In this document: piece after piece, positions 10,344 through 19,593 of the stretch
Position numbering within the stretch: position 1 is the first letter of the stretch
How the letters are laid out: every line of letters begins with the position of its first letter
Made by a program: the position numbers and the translations under genes
Notes under the pieces: model-generated
What the model was told of the DNA's origin: nothing
The model's input: the letters and a program-made list of their open reading frames with translations, nothing else
Databases searched by the model: none
NCBI GenBank assembly: GCA_049322915.1
Contig: JBMOPW010000034.1
Span: forward strand, 552,567 to 616,566
Source: Candidatus Zhuqueibacterota bacterium
GTDB taxonomy: Bacteria; Zhuqueibacterota; Zhuqueibacteria; Thermofontimicrobiales; Thermofontimicrobiaceae
Direction of reading: 5' to 3'
DNA length: 64,000 nucleotides

Positions 10344-10453
10344 GGGAACCTGCTTCTACAGGTATCTTTCAACAGAATTGCGCCTAACCATCGATCTCGG
10401 AAGAAGACCTGTGCGCTATTCATTAATTCGTGTTTTGGAAATTACTCAATTGA

Positions 10454-10839
10454 ATCTCAGGTTCCAGGTTTCAAGGTTCCCGGTTCCGGGTTAAAAAGAA
10501 TTTTCGTCGCTATTCAGGCATGTAGTCTTGCCGCGAAGTCACACGAAGATGTCATTTTATTCGTTCTTGTTTTGCGCAATTCATTTTTTTAAAACACGAT
10601 CGGCTTTTCTGAATTGATAATTCAGCCTGCATTATTCATCGTATTTTTAAAGGAGGCTGGCTAACCTGAATGGTGCTCTTTTTAGAATTAACGTACAAAA
10701 ACTGAGTTTCAAAATAGCTTAGTTTTTAGCTAGTTGAAAATCTGAATGTTGACTCAAATTCTGAGCAAGTTCAGGAATAATTCAGGTTAGATATATTTTT
10801 TTCTTCGTGCCTTTGAGACTTTGTGGCTGAGCAGTTACG
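10454..10839. repeat. Intergenic composite repeat, copy 1 (contains the 165-bp MITE-like element)
   Basis: Shares ATCTCAGGTTCCAGGTTT...GAATTTTCGTCGCTA...ATGTCATTTTATTCGTTCTT...CTTTGTGGCTGAGCAG with 11913-12100. Confidence 0.85.
10624..10788. mobile_element. 165-bp MITE-like element, copy A
   Basis: Imperfect terminal IRs (AGCCTGCATTATTC / GAATAATTCAGGTT); same-length near-identical copy at 62479-62643. Confidence 0.8.
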
Positions 10840-10887
10840 TATTAACTATAAAATGGACGGGTCGTAAAGGCGCCCGCGCGAACACTC

Positions 10888-11865
10888 TCACAATATCAAC
10901 GACAGCAGCGCCTTTTGCACATGCAGCCGGTTTTCAGCTTCCTGATAGACGACAGAATGCGGCCCATCGATCACGCCGGGCGTCACTTCTTTCCCGCGAT
11001 CGGCTGGGAGCGGGTGCATGTACAGCGAATGCTTTTTGGTCAATTCCATACGCTGCTCATTGCACACCCACGTTGGATATTTTTCAATGAGCGCAATGCC
11101 CTCTTTGGCGTCCTGTGTGTGCACCAGCGGCCCCCATGATTTTGGCACCACCACATCGGCGTCCTCGAATGCCTCGTCCATGTCATGGGTGAGGGTGAAT
11201 TTCACGCCGGCCTGTTCGGCATTCGTTTTCGCCTGTTCCACAATATGCGGCATCAGTTTGAACTCCGGAGGGAACGCCAGCGTCACATCCAGTCCAAACC
11301 GAGGCATAAGCAGAATCAGGCTTTGCGGCACAGAAACCGGGCGCATGTAATTTGGCGCGTAGGTCCAACTCACCCCAATCTTCAGACCGCGCGTGTTCTC
11401 ACCGAAATGTTCCATGATGGTAAAATAGTCAGCCATTATTTGCGCCGGGTGATAAATATCACATTGCATATTCACAATCGGCGCCGAACTCGAGGCGCGC
11501 ATTTCTTCAAGGAATCGATTGCCCTCGCCATATTTGCAATAGCGCATGGCAATACCCTGCAAATAGCCGGACAGCACTTTGGCCGTGTCCCTGGCGCCCT
11601 CGCCGTGAGAAATTTGCATCGTCTCCGGAGCGAAGAAAATGCTATGGCCACCCAATTGCGTCATTGACGCTTCGAATGAAGTTCGCGTGCGTGTGGATGG
11701 ATCAAAAAAAATCATGCCCAGCGATTTGCCTTCCAGATACCGATGAAACCGACCGGCTGCATAGTCAAGCTTCAGCAATTTGGCCGTCTCGAACACGGTT
11801 TTCAATTCCTGAATCGACCAATCCTGCGTCGTGATGAAATGCTTGCCTTTCAATTTTGTGTGCAT
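10888..11865 (-). CDS. YgeW-like carbamoyltransferase (OTCase/ATCase superfamily)
   Basis: DPSTRTR, HPAQIMAD, HPLPAD and the loop WTYAPNYMRPVSVPQS resembling YgeW. ATG 11865 follows AGGAGAG. Confidence 0.85.
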   Translation of the reverse strand: MHTKLKGKHFITTQDWSIQELKTVFETAKLLKLDYAAGRFHRYLEGKSLGMIFFDPSTRTRTSFEASMTQLGGHSIFFAPETMQISHGEGARDTAKVLSGYLQGIAMRYCKYGEGNRFLEEMRASSSAPIVNMQCDIYHPAQIMADYFTIMEHFGENTRGLKIGVSWTYAPNYMRPVSVPQSLILLMPRFGLDVTLAFPPEFKLMPHIVEQAKTNAEQAGVKFTLTHDMDEAFEDADVVVPKSWGPLVHTQDAKEGIALIEKYPTWVCNEQRMELTKKHSLYMHPLPADRGKEVTPGVIDGPHSVVYQEAENRLHVQKALLSLIL

Positions 11866-11912
11866 TGCGCTCTCCTGCATTGATAAGTTGATCAATCGAA
11901 ACGAATTATAGT

Positions 11913-12100
11913 ATCTCAGGTTCCAGGTTTAAAGGTTCCCGGTTCCGGGTAAAAGAGAATTTTCGTCGCTATCCAGGCATGTAGTCTCGCCACTAAGACG
12001 CCAAGCCACAACGTTACTCGAACATGTCATTTTATTCGTTCTTATTTTGGGCAATTAATTTTTTTTTTACCATGTTCAGCTTTGTGGCTGAGCAGATATG
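11913..12100. repeat. Intergenic composite repeat, copy 2 (no MITE insert)
   Basis: Direct repeat of the two ends of 10454-10839. Confidence 0.85.
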
Positions 12101-12173
12101 AAATTTAAATACATGACAGGTACCGATTTGTCCTGCGAAAACGTCCTTTCAATTTCCCAATTTCATCGATAGA

Positions 12174-13397
12174 TCAGATGGCATTTGCCAGGTAAAATGG
12201 GAACGCACCGTAAAACTGCGCTGCTTTCAGCAGATCGGTCAGTACCAATTCTTCATGGGGCGAATGCGACAATTCCTCTTTGCCCGGGGCAAAGCCAATG
12301 GTGGGAATCCCCAATCGTCCCGCGGTCTCCACGCCGTTGGTGGAGAAACTCCAGAAACCGCTCGCCGTTTTTTTTCTGCTGCTGAATTCCGCAGCGCGAA
12401 GTCCCGCCGTCACAATGGGATGATTTTCATCGAACAGCCAGGTGGGAAAATAGGCATCCTGATTGACGGGCAATCCGGTCCAACTGACGCCTGTGTACGT
12501 GGGGATGGATACCCGCGCATCGCTCCGAAGTCGCTGAATGATTTCCTGCAACTGTCCGACGATGGACTCCTTCGACTCCCCCATCGTCATTCGCCGATCC
12601 AGATGAATTTCGCAGAAATCAGGGACCGAGCAGAGCGATGGCGCGCGGGAGACAACCTGGCTCACCGTGATCGATCCTTTGCCCAGCGGCGCAATGGCGG
12701 GCAGGCTTTGGTCCAGCCGTTCTATTTCGGAAATGATGGGATTCATCTTGTAAATCGCATTGATTCCTTTGGAATTGTGAGCACCGTGAGCGGATTTTCC
12801 GACCGTGCGGATATTCAGTTCCATCCGGCCGCGCTGGCCGCGATAGACTTTCAGATCGGTCGGCTCGCCCAGCAGCACATACCCTGGACGAATCCCCTCG
12901 TTCGCAATGAGGTGATGCAGGGGATAGCCATCCGCATCCTCTTCCAATACCGAGCCAACCACGTAAATCGTAACTGGCAGTTCCGCCAGAGCGTTCAACC
13001 GCTGCAAGACTTTCCCGGCCAGGAGAAAACCAGCCATGGCCGGCTTTTCGTCCACTGCGCCGCGTCCGAATATTTTCCCGTCGATCATTTCTCCAGCAAA
13101 TGGCGGATGGGGCCATTTTTCAGATTCGGTGACGTGAACCGTATCGATGTGAGCATCGTACAGGATCGTGATGGGCCCGCTGCCGATTCGCCCCACGGCG
13201 TTGCCCAGTTGATCGATGAAACACGCATCAAAATCATACGCCTTCATTGTTGCAATGATATACTCCACAATCTCCTTTTCGTCGCCGCTGTAGCTGCGGA
13301 TTTGAATGAGCCGCTGCAGGACCGAGTACAGTTCGTTTTGTTCAGCGGCGAGTTCCCGGCGAATCGATTCGATCATAGTTTCCGACGTCATGAGCAT
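12174..13397 (-). CDS. YgeY-family M20 metallohydrolase
   Basis: YDAHIDTV, GRGAVDEK, VLEEDADG, LGEPT, YRGQRGR, WSFSTNG, GFAPG. Confidence 0.88.
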   Translation of the reverse strand: MLMTSETMIESIRRELAAEQNELYSVLQRLIQIRSYSGDEKEIVEYIIATMKAYDFDACFIDQLGNAVGRIGSGPITILYDAHIDTVHVTESEKWPHPPFAGEMIDGKIFGRGAVDEKPAMAGFLLAGKVLQRLNALAELPVTIYVVGSVLEEDADGYPLHHLIANEGIRPGYVLLGEPTDLKVYRGQRGRMELNIRTVGKSAHGAHNSKGINAIYKMNPIISEIERLDQSLPAIAPLGKGSITVSQVVSRAPSLCSVPDFCEIHLDRRMTMGESKESIVGQLQEIIQRLRSDARVSIPTYTGVSWTGLPVNQDAYFPTWLFDENHPIVTAGLRAAEFSSRKKTASGFWSFSTNGVETAGRLGIPTIGFAPGKEELSHSPHEELVLTDLLKAAQFYGAFPFYLANAI

Positions 13398-13406
13398 TTC
13401 CTTTTC

Positions 13407-14420
13407 TTATTGATCCACTTTTTGGGCATGGCAGGTATAAAAAATATTTTCGTCCACCAGCCTGTGCATTTTGTTCGAATAGGAATCAGGCAGTTCCACG
13501 TTGAATTTTTGCAGCGCGAATTTCGAAGGGGGCAAATACTTCTCGATGAACGGCAGCCCCGGCGAGTAAATGAACTGCCCGCCTTTTTTCAGCGACGCTA
13601 AAATTTCCATGTATCGCTGCGCATATTTTTCCGGAACGCCGTATCGGTACAGATGATGAAAAATGAAATGATTGGAAAAAGACATGTGCGCGATAATGGT
13701 CCCCCAGAAATTTCTTGTGAGGCGATAATTCAACCATTCCGACTGCACGAACATTTCCGAACTCTCCACCATTCTATCCACGCCAACGACCTTCAGTCCC
13801 TTGGCGCTGAGGAATTTCACCAGCTTGCCGGATTTGCCGCAGCCAATATCCAGAATAGGTTCCATCAGTCGCCCGACATCGATTTTCAGAATACTCAACT
13901 GAAGCTCCGGGGAGTACTCGTGACACATGGCGCTGTAAATCTGCTTCTTTTCAGGGCTGGTCGAATCGCCGGTCCGGGCAAAGCGATTCCAGATGAACTC
14001 ATCCAGTTCTTTAAAATGCGCCCGGAGCATTTCTTTCAAACCGGATTGAAACGTTGGAAGAGATTGAAAGTCAGAGAGCAGCCGGTGAATTTGTCGCATG
14101 AAGCCTGCGTGGATTTTTCTCAACGCGGATTCGGCGTGCTCGTTCAATTGCAGAAATTGGTAATGCTCGAAAAGAAATTCGAAGGCGATGGATGTGAGAT
14201 ACTCTGTGATGGCAGTCTGCACGGTGCTGTCCTCCAGGAAAGTCAGGATGGACGCCCTGTTTGGGCCAACGAATTGACGGAAATTCAGTTCCTGAAAAAA
14301 GACGCGGAATGCCTGATCCTGTTTTTCGAATATGGAATGAAACCACAGGATGCGGTAATGCTCGACCAGTTGGTCCAATGCCCCGCTGCTGAATAATTCC
14401 GATGTCAACTTCGTGCTCAT
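13407..14420 (-). CDS. Class I SAM-dependent methyltransferase-like protein
   Basis: ILDIGCGKSG motif I, VVGVD, LKKGGQF; long helical N-terminus. Confidence 0.7.
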   Translation of the reverse strand: MSTKLTSELFSSGALDQLVEHYRILWFHSIFEKQDQAFRVFFQELNFRQFVGPNRASILTFLEDSTVQTAITEYLTSIAFEFLFEHYQFLQLNEHAESALRKIHAGFMRQIHRLLSDFQSLPTFQSGLKEMLRAHFKELDEFIWNRFARTGDSTSPEKKQIYSAMCHEYSPELQLSILKIDVGRLMEPILDIGCGKSGKLVKFLSAKGLKVVGVDRMVESSEMFVQSEWLNYRLTRNFWGTIIAHMSFSNHFIFHHLYRYGVPEKYAQRYMEILASLKKGGQFIYSPGLPFIEKYLPPSKFALQKFNVELPDSYSNKMHRLVDENIFYTCHAQKVDQ

Positions 14421-14580
14421 GAATCATATTCTTTCACTATCGTGCAACCTGAATGATCTGCTAACCATCGAACGCTGAAAACGCTTTGTTCCGTTGATCG
14501 CAGAAGCCTCCGCCAAAATTCATTTCGATGCCCGACTCACGGCTGAAATGGGCGGCGCACTGCCTTTCGCCCCATCGCTG

Positions 14581-15702
14581 TCAGTGCGCATCAGGTACCG
14601 GAGTCAGCCTCAGCGCCTGTCTGAGACAGACGGAAACGCAGACGCCACAGCTCACACATTTTTCAACCGCGACGACGAATTCCTTTTCATCGACATGAAT
14701 CGCCTGGTGGAGACACGATTTCGCGCAGATCATGCAGACATTGCAACGCGATCGGTCGAGCACCGGGGCCAATGTGGGGCTGAGTCCCAGAAACGATGGT
14801 TCGTGTTTTTCCCGACGCAGGAACGCGCCGCGCATCTCTTCAACCGATGCATAGCCGTTTTCGGTCATCCAATGCGCCAGCTTCACCGCCAATTCACCGT
14901 AGACTTGCTGGCCCTGCGTAATGACCAGGCTGCACACCTGCACTGCGGACGCGCCGGCGAGGATGTATTTGATCACATCGTGGACATGCTGAATTCCGCC
15001 CACGCCGACGATGGGTTTGTCAGTGAGCTGCGCCAACGTTGCGACAAAATGCAGACCAACCGGCAGAATGCAGCGGCCGCTGAGCCAACCCCGACCGTCG
15101 GCGCTGCCAAGATAGGGTTGTAAAGTCGCAATGTCAAAATCGAGCGCAGGGCCGAGGCTATTGATGGCGACATAGCCATCCACCAGCGAGTCGAGTCCGC
15201 GAACGAGGCCGGCCAGATCCTGAATCGACGGGCTCAATTTGGCCAATACAGGAACCGGGACCGCGTCCCTCAGCGCCGCAGCCATCCGTTTCAGATTGTC
15301 AATGTCTTTATCGACGTAGTGGATGGAGAATTCGACGGCGTCCATCAGACCGCTGTGCGCCAGCGCCCGACCCACCGTGCCCAATTCCTCCGGCGAATAG
15401 CCCACAGAAACGATCACCGGCAGCCCCAGCGCCTTGATTTTTGGCAGTTCATTTTCGATGAAATCGCTATAATGCCGCTCGGACCACAATTCCGCGTTGA
15501 GCAGACTGCCGTGAAACGGCTGATGAATGTTGGGAACCGGCACCCGCGCCGGCGTCGCACTGATGGTTTTGGTGACCAATCCGCCAGCGCCTCCTTTTAC
15601 CGCCCGGGCCAACATGGCTGCATCCGCCGCTGCCGGGCCGGCCGCTGTCCAGATCGGATTGGGGAATTTCAAATCGTTGATGGAAACAGTCACGTTCACC
15701 AT
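14581..15702 (-). CDS. Dihydroorotate/dihydropyrimidine dehydrogenase (PreA)-like FMN enzyme with C-terminal 2x[4Fe-4S]
   Basis: NPIWTAAGP, VTKT, KLSP, AINS, GWLSG, GVGGI, plus CNVCMICAKSC and CVSCGVCVSVC. Start at MVNVT (15702). Confidence 0.85.
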   Translation of the reverse strand: MVNVTVSINDLKFPNPIWTAAGPAAADAAMLARAVKGGAGGLVTKTISATPARVPVPNIHQPFHGSLLNAELWSERHYSDFIENELPKIKALGLPVIVSVGYSPEELGTVGRALAHSGLMDAVEFSIHYVDKDIDNLKRMAAALRDAVPVPVLAKLSPSIQDLAGLVRGLDSLVDGYVAINSLGPALDFDIATLQPYLGSADGRGWLSGRCILPVGLHFVATLAQLTDKPIVGVGGIQHVHDVIKYILAGASAVQVCSLVITQGQQVYGELAVKLAHWMTENGYASVEEMRGAFLRREKHEPSFLGLSPTLAPVLDRSRCNVCMICAKSCLHQAIHVDEKEFVVAVEKCVSCGVCVSVCLRQALRLTPVPDAH

Positions 15703-15718
15703 AGCCAATGCATCCTTG

Positions 15719-16192
15719 TTACGGGGTTGCCGTGGCCTTGACGGCCTCGATGATTTGCTTGTAGCCGGTGCAGCGACACAGGTTCCCGGCAATGGCCTCT
15801 TTGATTTCATCCTCGGTTGGATCTGGATTCTCCAGCAGCAGCGCGTAGGCAGAAAGCAACATGCCAGGCGTACAAAATCCGCACTGAACCGCGCCCTTGT
15901 CCAAAAACATTTTCTGCAACGCATGCAACCCACCGGCCGAGGCCAATCCTTCCACCGTCAAAACGCGGGCGCCCTCGACCTGGCCAGCCAGCACGAGACA
16001 GGCATTCACCGCCTTGCCGTCGACGAGCACAGTGCAGGCGCCGCATTCGCCAATGCCGCAGCCCTCTTTGGCGCCGGTCAGACCAAAATCCAGGCGCAGC
16101 ACATCCAGCAATCGCCGGTTGGCCAGCGTCTCGACAGCCACGTCGTTTCCATTCAAATTGAAATTCAGTTTAATTCGCATCAACATCACCAC
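15719..16192 (-). CDS. Xanthine dehydrogenase family 2Fe-2S subunit, set 1
   Basis: GCGIGECGACTV, QCGFCTPG, NLCRCTGY. Confidence 0.95.
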   Translation of the reverse strand: MVMLMRIKLNFNLNGNDVAVETLANRRLLDVLRLDFGLTGAKEGCGIGECGACTVLVDGKAVNACLVLAGQVEGARVLTVEGLASAGGLHALQKMFLDKGAVQCGFCTPGMLLSAYALLLENPDPTEDEIKEAIAGNLCRCTGYKQIIEAVKATATP

Positions 16193-16194
16193 AA

Positions 16195-17058
16195 TCAGGT
16201 TACGGTTTTTTCTAACAAATAATAAAACATCTGCTGGACGACTTTCAATTTATATTCCGTGGACCAGCGCAGCCCGGTGATGGACAGAACGGATTGCCCC
16301 AATTTCCGCGCTAATTCTTTGAACACATCGTCATTCGCGTTCCGGCCGCGAGCGAATTGTTCGATCTCCGGGAATCGCGTTCCGATGGGCGTCACAGCGC
16401 CGCTGGCAATTCGCAGTTCCCGGATGACCGAATGATCGGTTTTCAGCAACAGCGCCAGTGTGATTCGGCTAATGGCCACCCCGCGACGGCGTCCTAATTT
16501 GTAGAATTCGCCGCGAAACCCCTCGCCGATCTTCGGAAGCGTTATGCGCGTCACCATTTCATCGGACTGCAATCGAGGCCGGTACGGCTGGTCCAGCAAT
16601 TCGGAAAGGGCAAGGTCTCGCGCGCCAGCGACGGACTGAATCGTAATTTTGGCGTCGTAGACAAGAAGCGGCGGCACGCTGTCTGCGCAGGGAGCATTGT
16701 TGATGAAATTCCCGGCGCATGTCGCCCGATTTCTGATTTGAACGCTGCCAACGGAACGGGCAGCCTGAGCCAGCAGCGGGAAATAGTCGCGGATGAGCGC
16801 ATTGTTCGCTAATTCCGAAAACGTGACGCCCGCGCCGAAGACAATGCAATCCCCCCCATCGTCGATGCGCTTCAACGCGCTGAGTTTCCCGATATCAACC
16901 AGGCAGGCGATGTCCGAGAATCGCGGATTCTGCTGGTGGAATCCCGGCATGATATCCGTGCCGCCGGCCAGAACGCGCGCTGTGTTCCGATAGCGCGTCA
17001 ATAATTCGAGCGCCTGTTCCAGCGTCTCCGGCCGGAAATATTCGAATTCAGGGATCAT
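16195..17058 (-). CDS. Xanthine dehydrogenase family FAD subunit, set 1
   Basis: LAGGTD, GSVQIRNRATCAGN, KLGRR. Confidence 0.92.
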   Translation of the reverse strand: MIPEFEYFRPETLEQALELLTRYRNTARVLAGGTDIMPGFHQQNPRFSDIACLVDIGKLSALKRIDDGGDCIVFGAGVTFSELANNALIRDYFPLLAQAARSVGSVQIRNRATCAGNFINNAPCADSVPPLLVYDAKITIQSVAGARDLALSELLDQPYRPRLQSDEMVTRITLPKIGEGFRGEFYKLGRRRGVAISRITLALLLKTDHSVIRELRIASGAVTPIGTRFPEIEQFARGRNANDDVFKELARKLGQSVLSITGLRWSTEYKLKVVQQMFYYLLEKTVT

Positions 17059-19454
17059 CGCGAGCTTCCTCGTTTTGCATCCGGTGGACGCAGTTTGTGG
17101 TTCAAAATAATTTCTTCCAAATTGAGGGGAAGATTGAAAAATCGTCTGCCCGTGGCATTGCGCACAGCATTGGCAATGGCGGCAGCCGTCAATTCCAGAG
17201 TCGGCTCGCCCAGCGATTTGGCGCCCCAGGGTCCGTATGTGTCGTTGCCTTCAATGAAAACCGGCACAATCTCGCCGATGTCCTTGCTCGTGGGAATGAG
17301 GATCTGATCGAAATTCAATTCCCGGATGAATCCATCGGACGCGGTAATCTCTTCCCATAATCCATAGCCGGCGCCCTGGGTGACACCGCCAAACACCTGT
17401 CCCCGCGCACCGAGCAGATTGATCACCTTGCCGGGATCGTGCACAGCCAGGATCCGATCCACCAGGACTTCGCCGGTCACCATGTTCACGGAGACCTCCG
17501 CGACCTGGCAGCCGTAGACATAGGTGAAATACGCCGCGCCCTGGCCGGTATCTTCGCGCCAGTCCACTTTGGGGCCGGGGTACCAGCCAATCGCCGATAG
17601 ATTAACGCCCTGATGATACGCCTTTCGGCACAGGTCTGAAAAAGCGATCTGCTTCTCTCTCGCTCCATTCGCCCGCACAATTCCGCCGCGGAAAATCAGG
17701 TCGTCCTTTTCCGACAGGTTCCACTCGCGTCGCAGAAAATCGGACAACCGATCCCGGATGTGTTCCGCAGCCAGTTTCACTGCGCCGCCGCCCATCAGCG
17801 TGGCACGAGACGCAACTGTCGGGCCGCTGTCAGGAATCAGACCTGTATCCAGTTCCAGGTAAAAAATTTGGGTTTCGCTGATTCCCAGCACCTCGGCAGC
17901 GATCATCGCAAATGTGGTGCGCATGCCCTGTCCGTTCTCCGCCAGCCCGGCGGACAAATGCGCCGAGCCATCCGGCTGAACAGCCATGTACGCAGCGGCA
18001 GCGTCGATTCCCTCCGCGCCCAGGGAGCAACCGCGATAACTCAATGCCAGCCCAATGCCTTTTCGCACCCGGTTTTCCGCAGCCGGAAAATCCCCGGGGG
18101 CTAACACACCATTGGCGCCAGTGTCATTTGCATCCTGCGCTGAAAAAGCCGGCGGCTGATGGTGATTGTCCAGCCAGTTTTGTGTGAAGTTCGAAAGACG
18201 GACTGCCGTGTCCATCACCGTCAGCAAGTTTACATCGTGATGGCGCAGTTGCTGGCCGCTCGCCGTGTACGAGCCCTGACGCAGACCATTGATACGCCGG
18301 ATATCGACCGGCGTTTTGCCCAGGCGAATCGCAATCTCGTCCATGATCGATTCCTCGGCGAAAATCGGCTGCGGAGAACCAAAACCCCGCATGGCTCCGG
18401 TGTAGGGATTGTTCGTGTACACCGCGCGCACGTCTGTCCACACGTTTTCGATAGCGTAGGGGCCGGTCGCCTGCACCACGGTCCGCCACGTCACAAATGG
18501 GCTCATGGAGGCGTAGGCGCCGCCATCGGCCAGCACATCGATTTTCATGGCGAGAATTTTTCCATCGCGGTTGAATCCCACTTTGTAGCACAAAATGTAC
18601 GGATGCCGCTTATAGGATTCGAGCACCGATTCTTCGCGGCTGTACCGAATTTTGACCGGCCGGCCGGTTTTAAGCGCAGCAATGGCAGCGCGGGCAGCCA
18701 GGATATTCATGGTGTCGTCCTTGCCCCCGAAAGAACCGCCAAGTTCAGCCTGTTCCACGCGGACCCTGGCCAGCGGCCAGCCCAGCACCGAAGCGACGGC
18801 GCTTCGCGCTGAAAACGGATTTTGGATGCTGCCAATTATTTTGATGCCTTTGTTCCCTTCGCGGGGAATAGCAATCACCGCTTCCGGTTCAATGTACGCG
18901 TGTTCGATCAACTGAGTGGTATAGGTTTGTTCCAGCACAAAATCGCTCGCCGCCATCCCTTTCTCCACGTCACCTTTGCGCAGCGGGTAATGGATGATCA
19001 GATTGCTGCCCAATTCAGGATGAATGAGCGGGGCATCCGAACCCAGGGATAGCTTCGGATCGGTCAGCGGCGGCAGCGTCTGGTAATCGACCCTCACGTA
19101 CTCCCGCAGTCGAATGAGCTTTTCTTCGTCCGGCCCAACGAGCATGGCCACGACATCGCCGGGAGTGACAATTTTTTCATGGGAGAAAATCGGCTGGTCT
19201 TTTTTCAATAGCCCAATTTTTTTAGTGCCGGGAATATCGCTGGCTGTGCAGACAGCAATCACATCCTGGTGATTTGCCAGCGCGGTGGCATCGATGGTGC
19301 GAATGAGCGCATGGGAGACAGACAGTCGCACCATGACCGCCCGCAGTTGGCCGGGAATGGTGTAGTCGTCGGCAAACAACGCCTGGCCAGTGACTTTCTC
19401 AAGGCCATCAATGCGATGAATCTCCTTGCCTATTTTTTCGAAGTTCGTGTTCAT
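17055..19454 (-). CDS. Xanthine dehydrogenase family molybdopterin-binding subunit, set 1
   Basis: GGSFGGKDD, AMRGFGSPQ, ENGQG, TVASR, GAKSLGE. Confidence 0.93.
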   Translation of the reverse strand: MNTNFEKIGKEIHRIDGLEKVTGQALFADDYTIPGQLRAVMVRLSVSHALIRTIDATALANHQDVIAVCTASDIPGTKKIGLLKKDQPIFSHEKIVTPGDVVAMLVGPDEEKLIRLREYVRVDYQTLPPLTDPKLSLGSDAPLIHPELGSNLIIHYPLRKGDVEKGMAASDFVLEQTYTTQLIEHAYIEPEAVIAIPREGNKGIKIIGSIQNPFSARSAVASVLGWPLARVRVEQAELGGSFGGKDDTMNILAARAAIAALKTGRPVKIRYSREESVLESYKRHPYILCYKVGFNRDGKILAMKIDVLADGGAYASMSPFVTWRTVVQATGPYAIENVWTDVRAVYTNNPYTGAMRGFGSPQPIFAEESIMDEIAIRLGKTPVDIRRINGLRQGSYTASGQQLRHHDVNLLTVMDTAVRLSNFTQNWLDNHHQPPAFSAQDANDTGANGVLAPGDFPAAENRVRKGIGLALSYRGCSLGAEGIDAAAAYMAVQPDGSAHLSAGLAENGQGMRTTFAMIAAEVLGISETQIFYLELDTGLIPDSGPTVASRATLMGGGAVKLAAEHIRDRLSDFLRREWNLSEKDDLIFRGGIVRANGAREKQIAFSDLCRKAYHQGVNLSAIGWYPGPKVDWREDTGQGAAYFTYVYGCQVAEVSVNMVTGEVLVDRILAVHDPGKVINLLGARGQVFGGVTQGAGYGLWEEITASDGFIRELNFDQILIPTSKDIGEIVPVFIEGNDTYGPWGAKSLGEPTLELTAAAIANAVRNATGRRFFNLPLNLEEIILNHKLRPPDAKRGSSR

Positions 19455-19564
19455 GTATTAAACCTGGTGCTGGTTGGAAAAGCCACATGCATGAGGTAAT
19501 TTGCATGGCGCACGCGTGAAAAGCGAAGCGGCGTTTCATCGGAACCGCTTCGTATTGGTCGGCT

Positions 19565-19593
19565 AATATAAAAAATAATGCTCAGAAAGTCAA
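19565..19593 (-). promoter_or_regulatory. Sigma70-type promoter of the Xdh cluster
   Basis: TTGACT-N17-TATATT on the minus strand. Confidence 0.65.

Noticed and set aside
10454..12100. CRISPR array
   Set aside because: There is no regular repeat-spacer periodicity and no cas gene in the window.
12255..13601. Long + strand ORFs (also 22324-23460, 25105-26007, 35037-36149, 50837-51895)
   Set aside because: They are antisense to well-supported genes and show no recognisable motifs.
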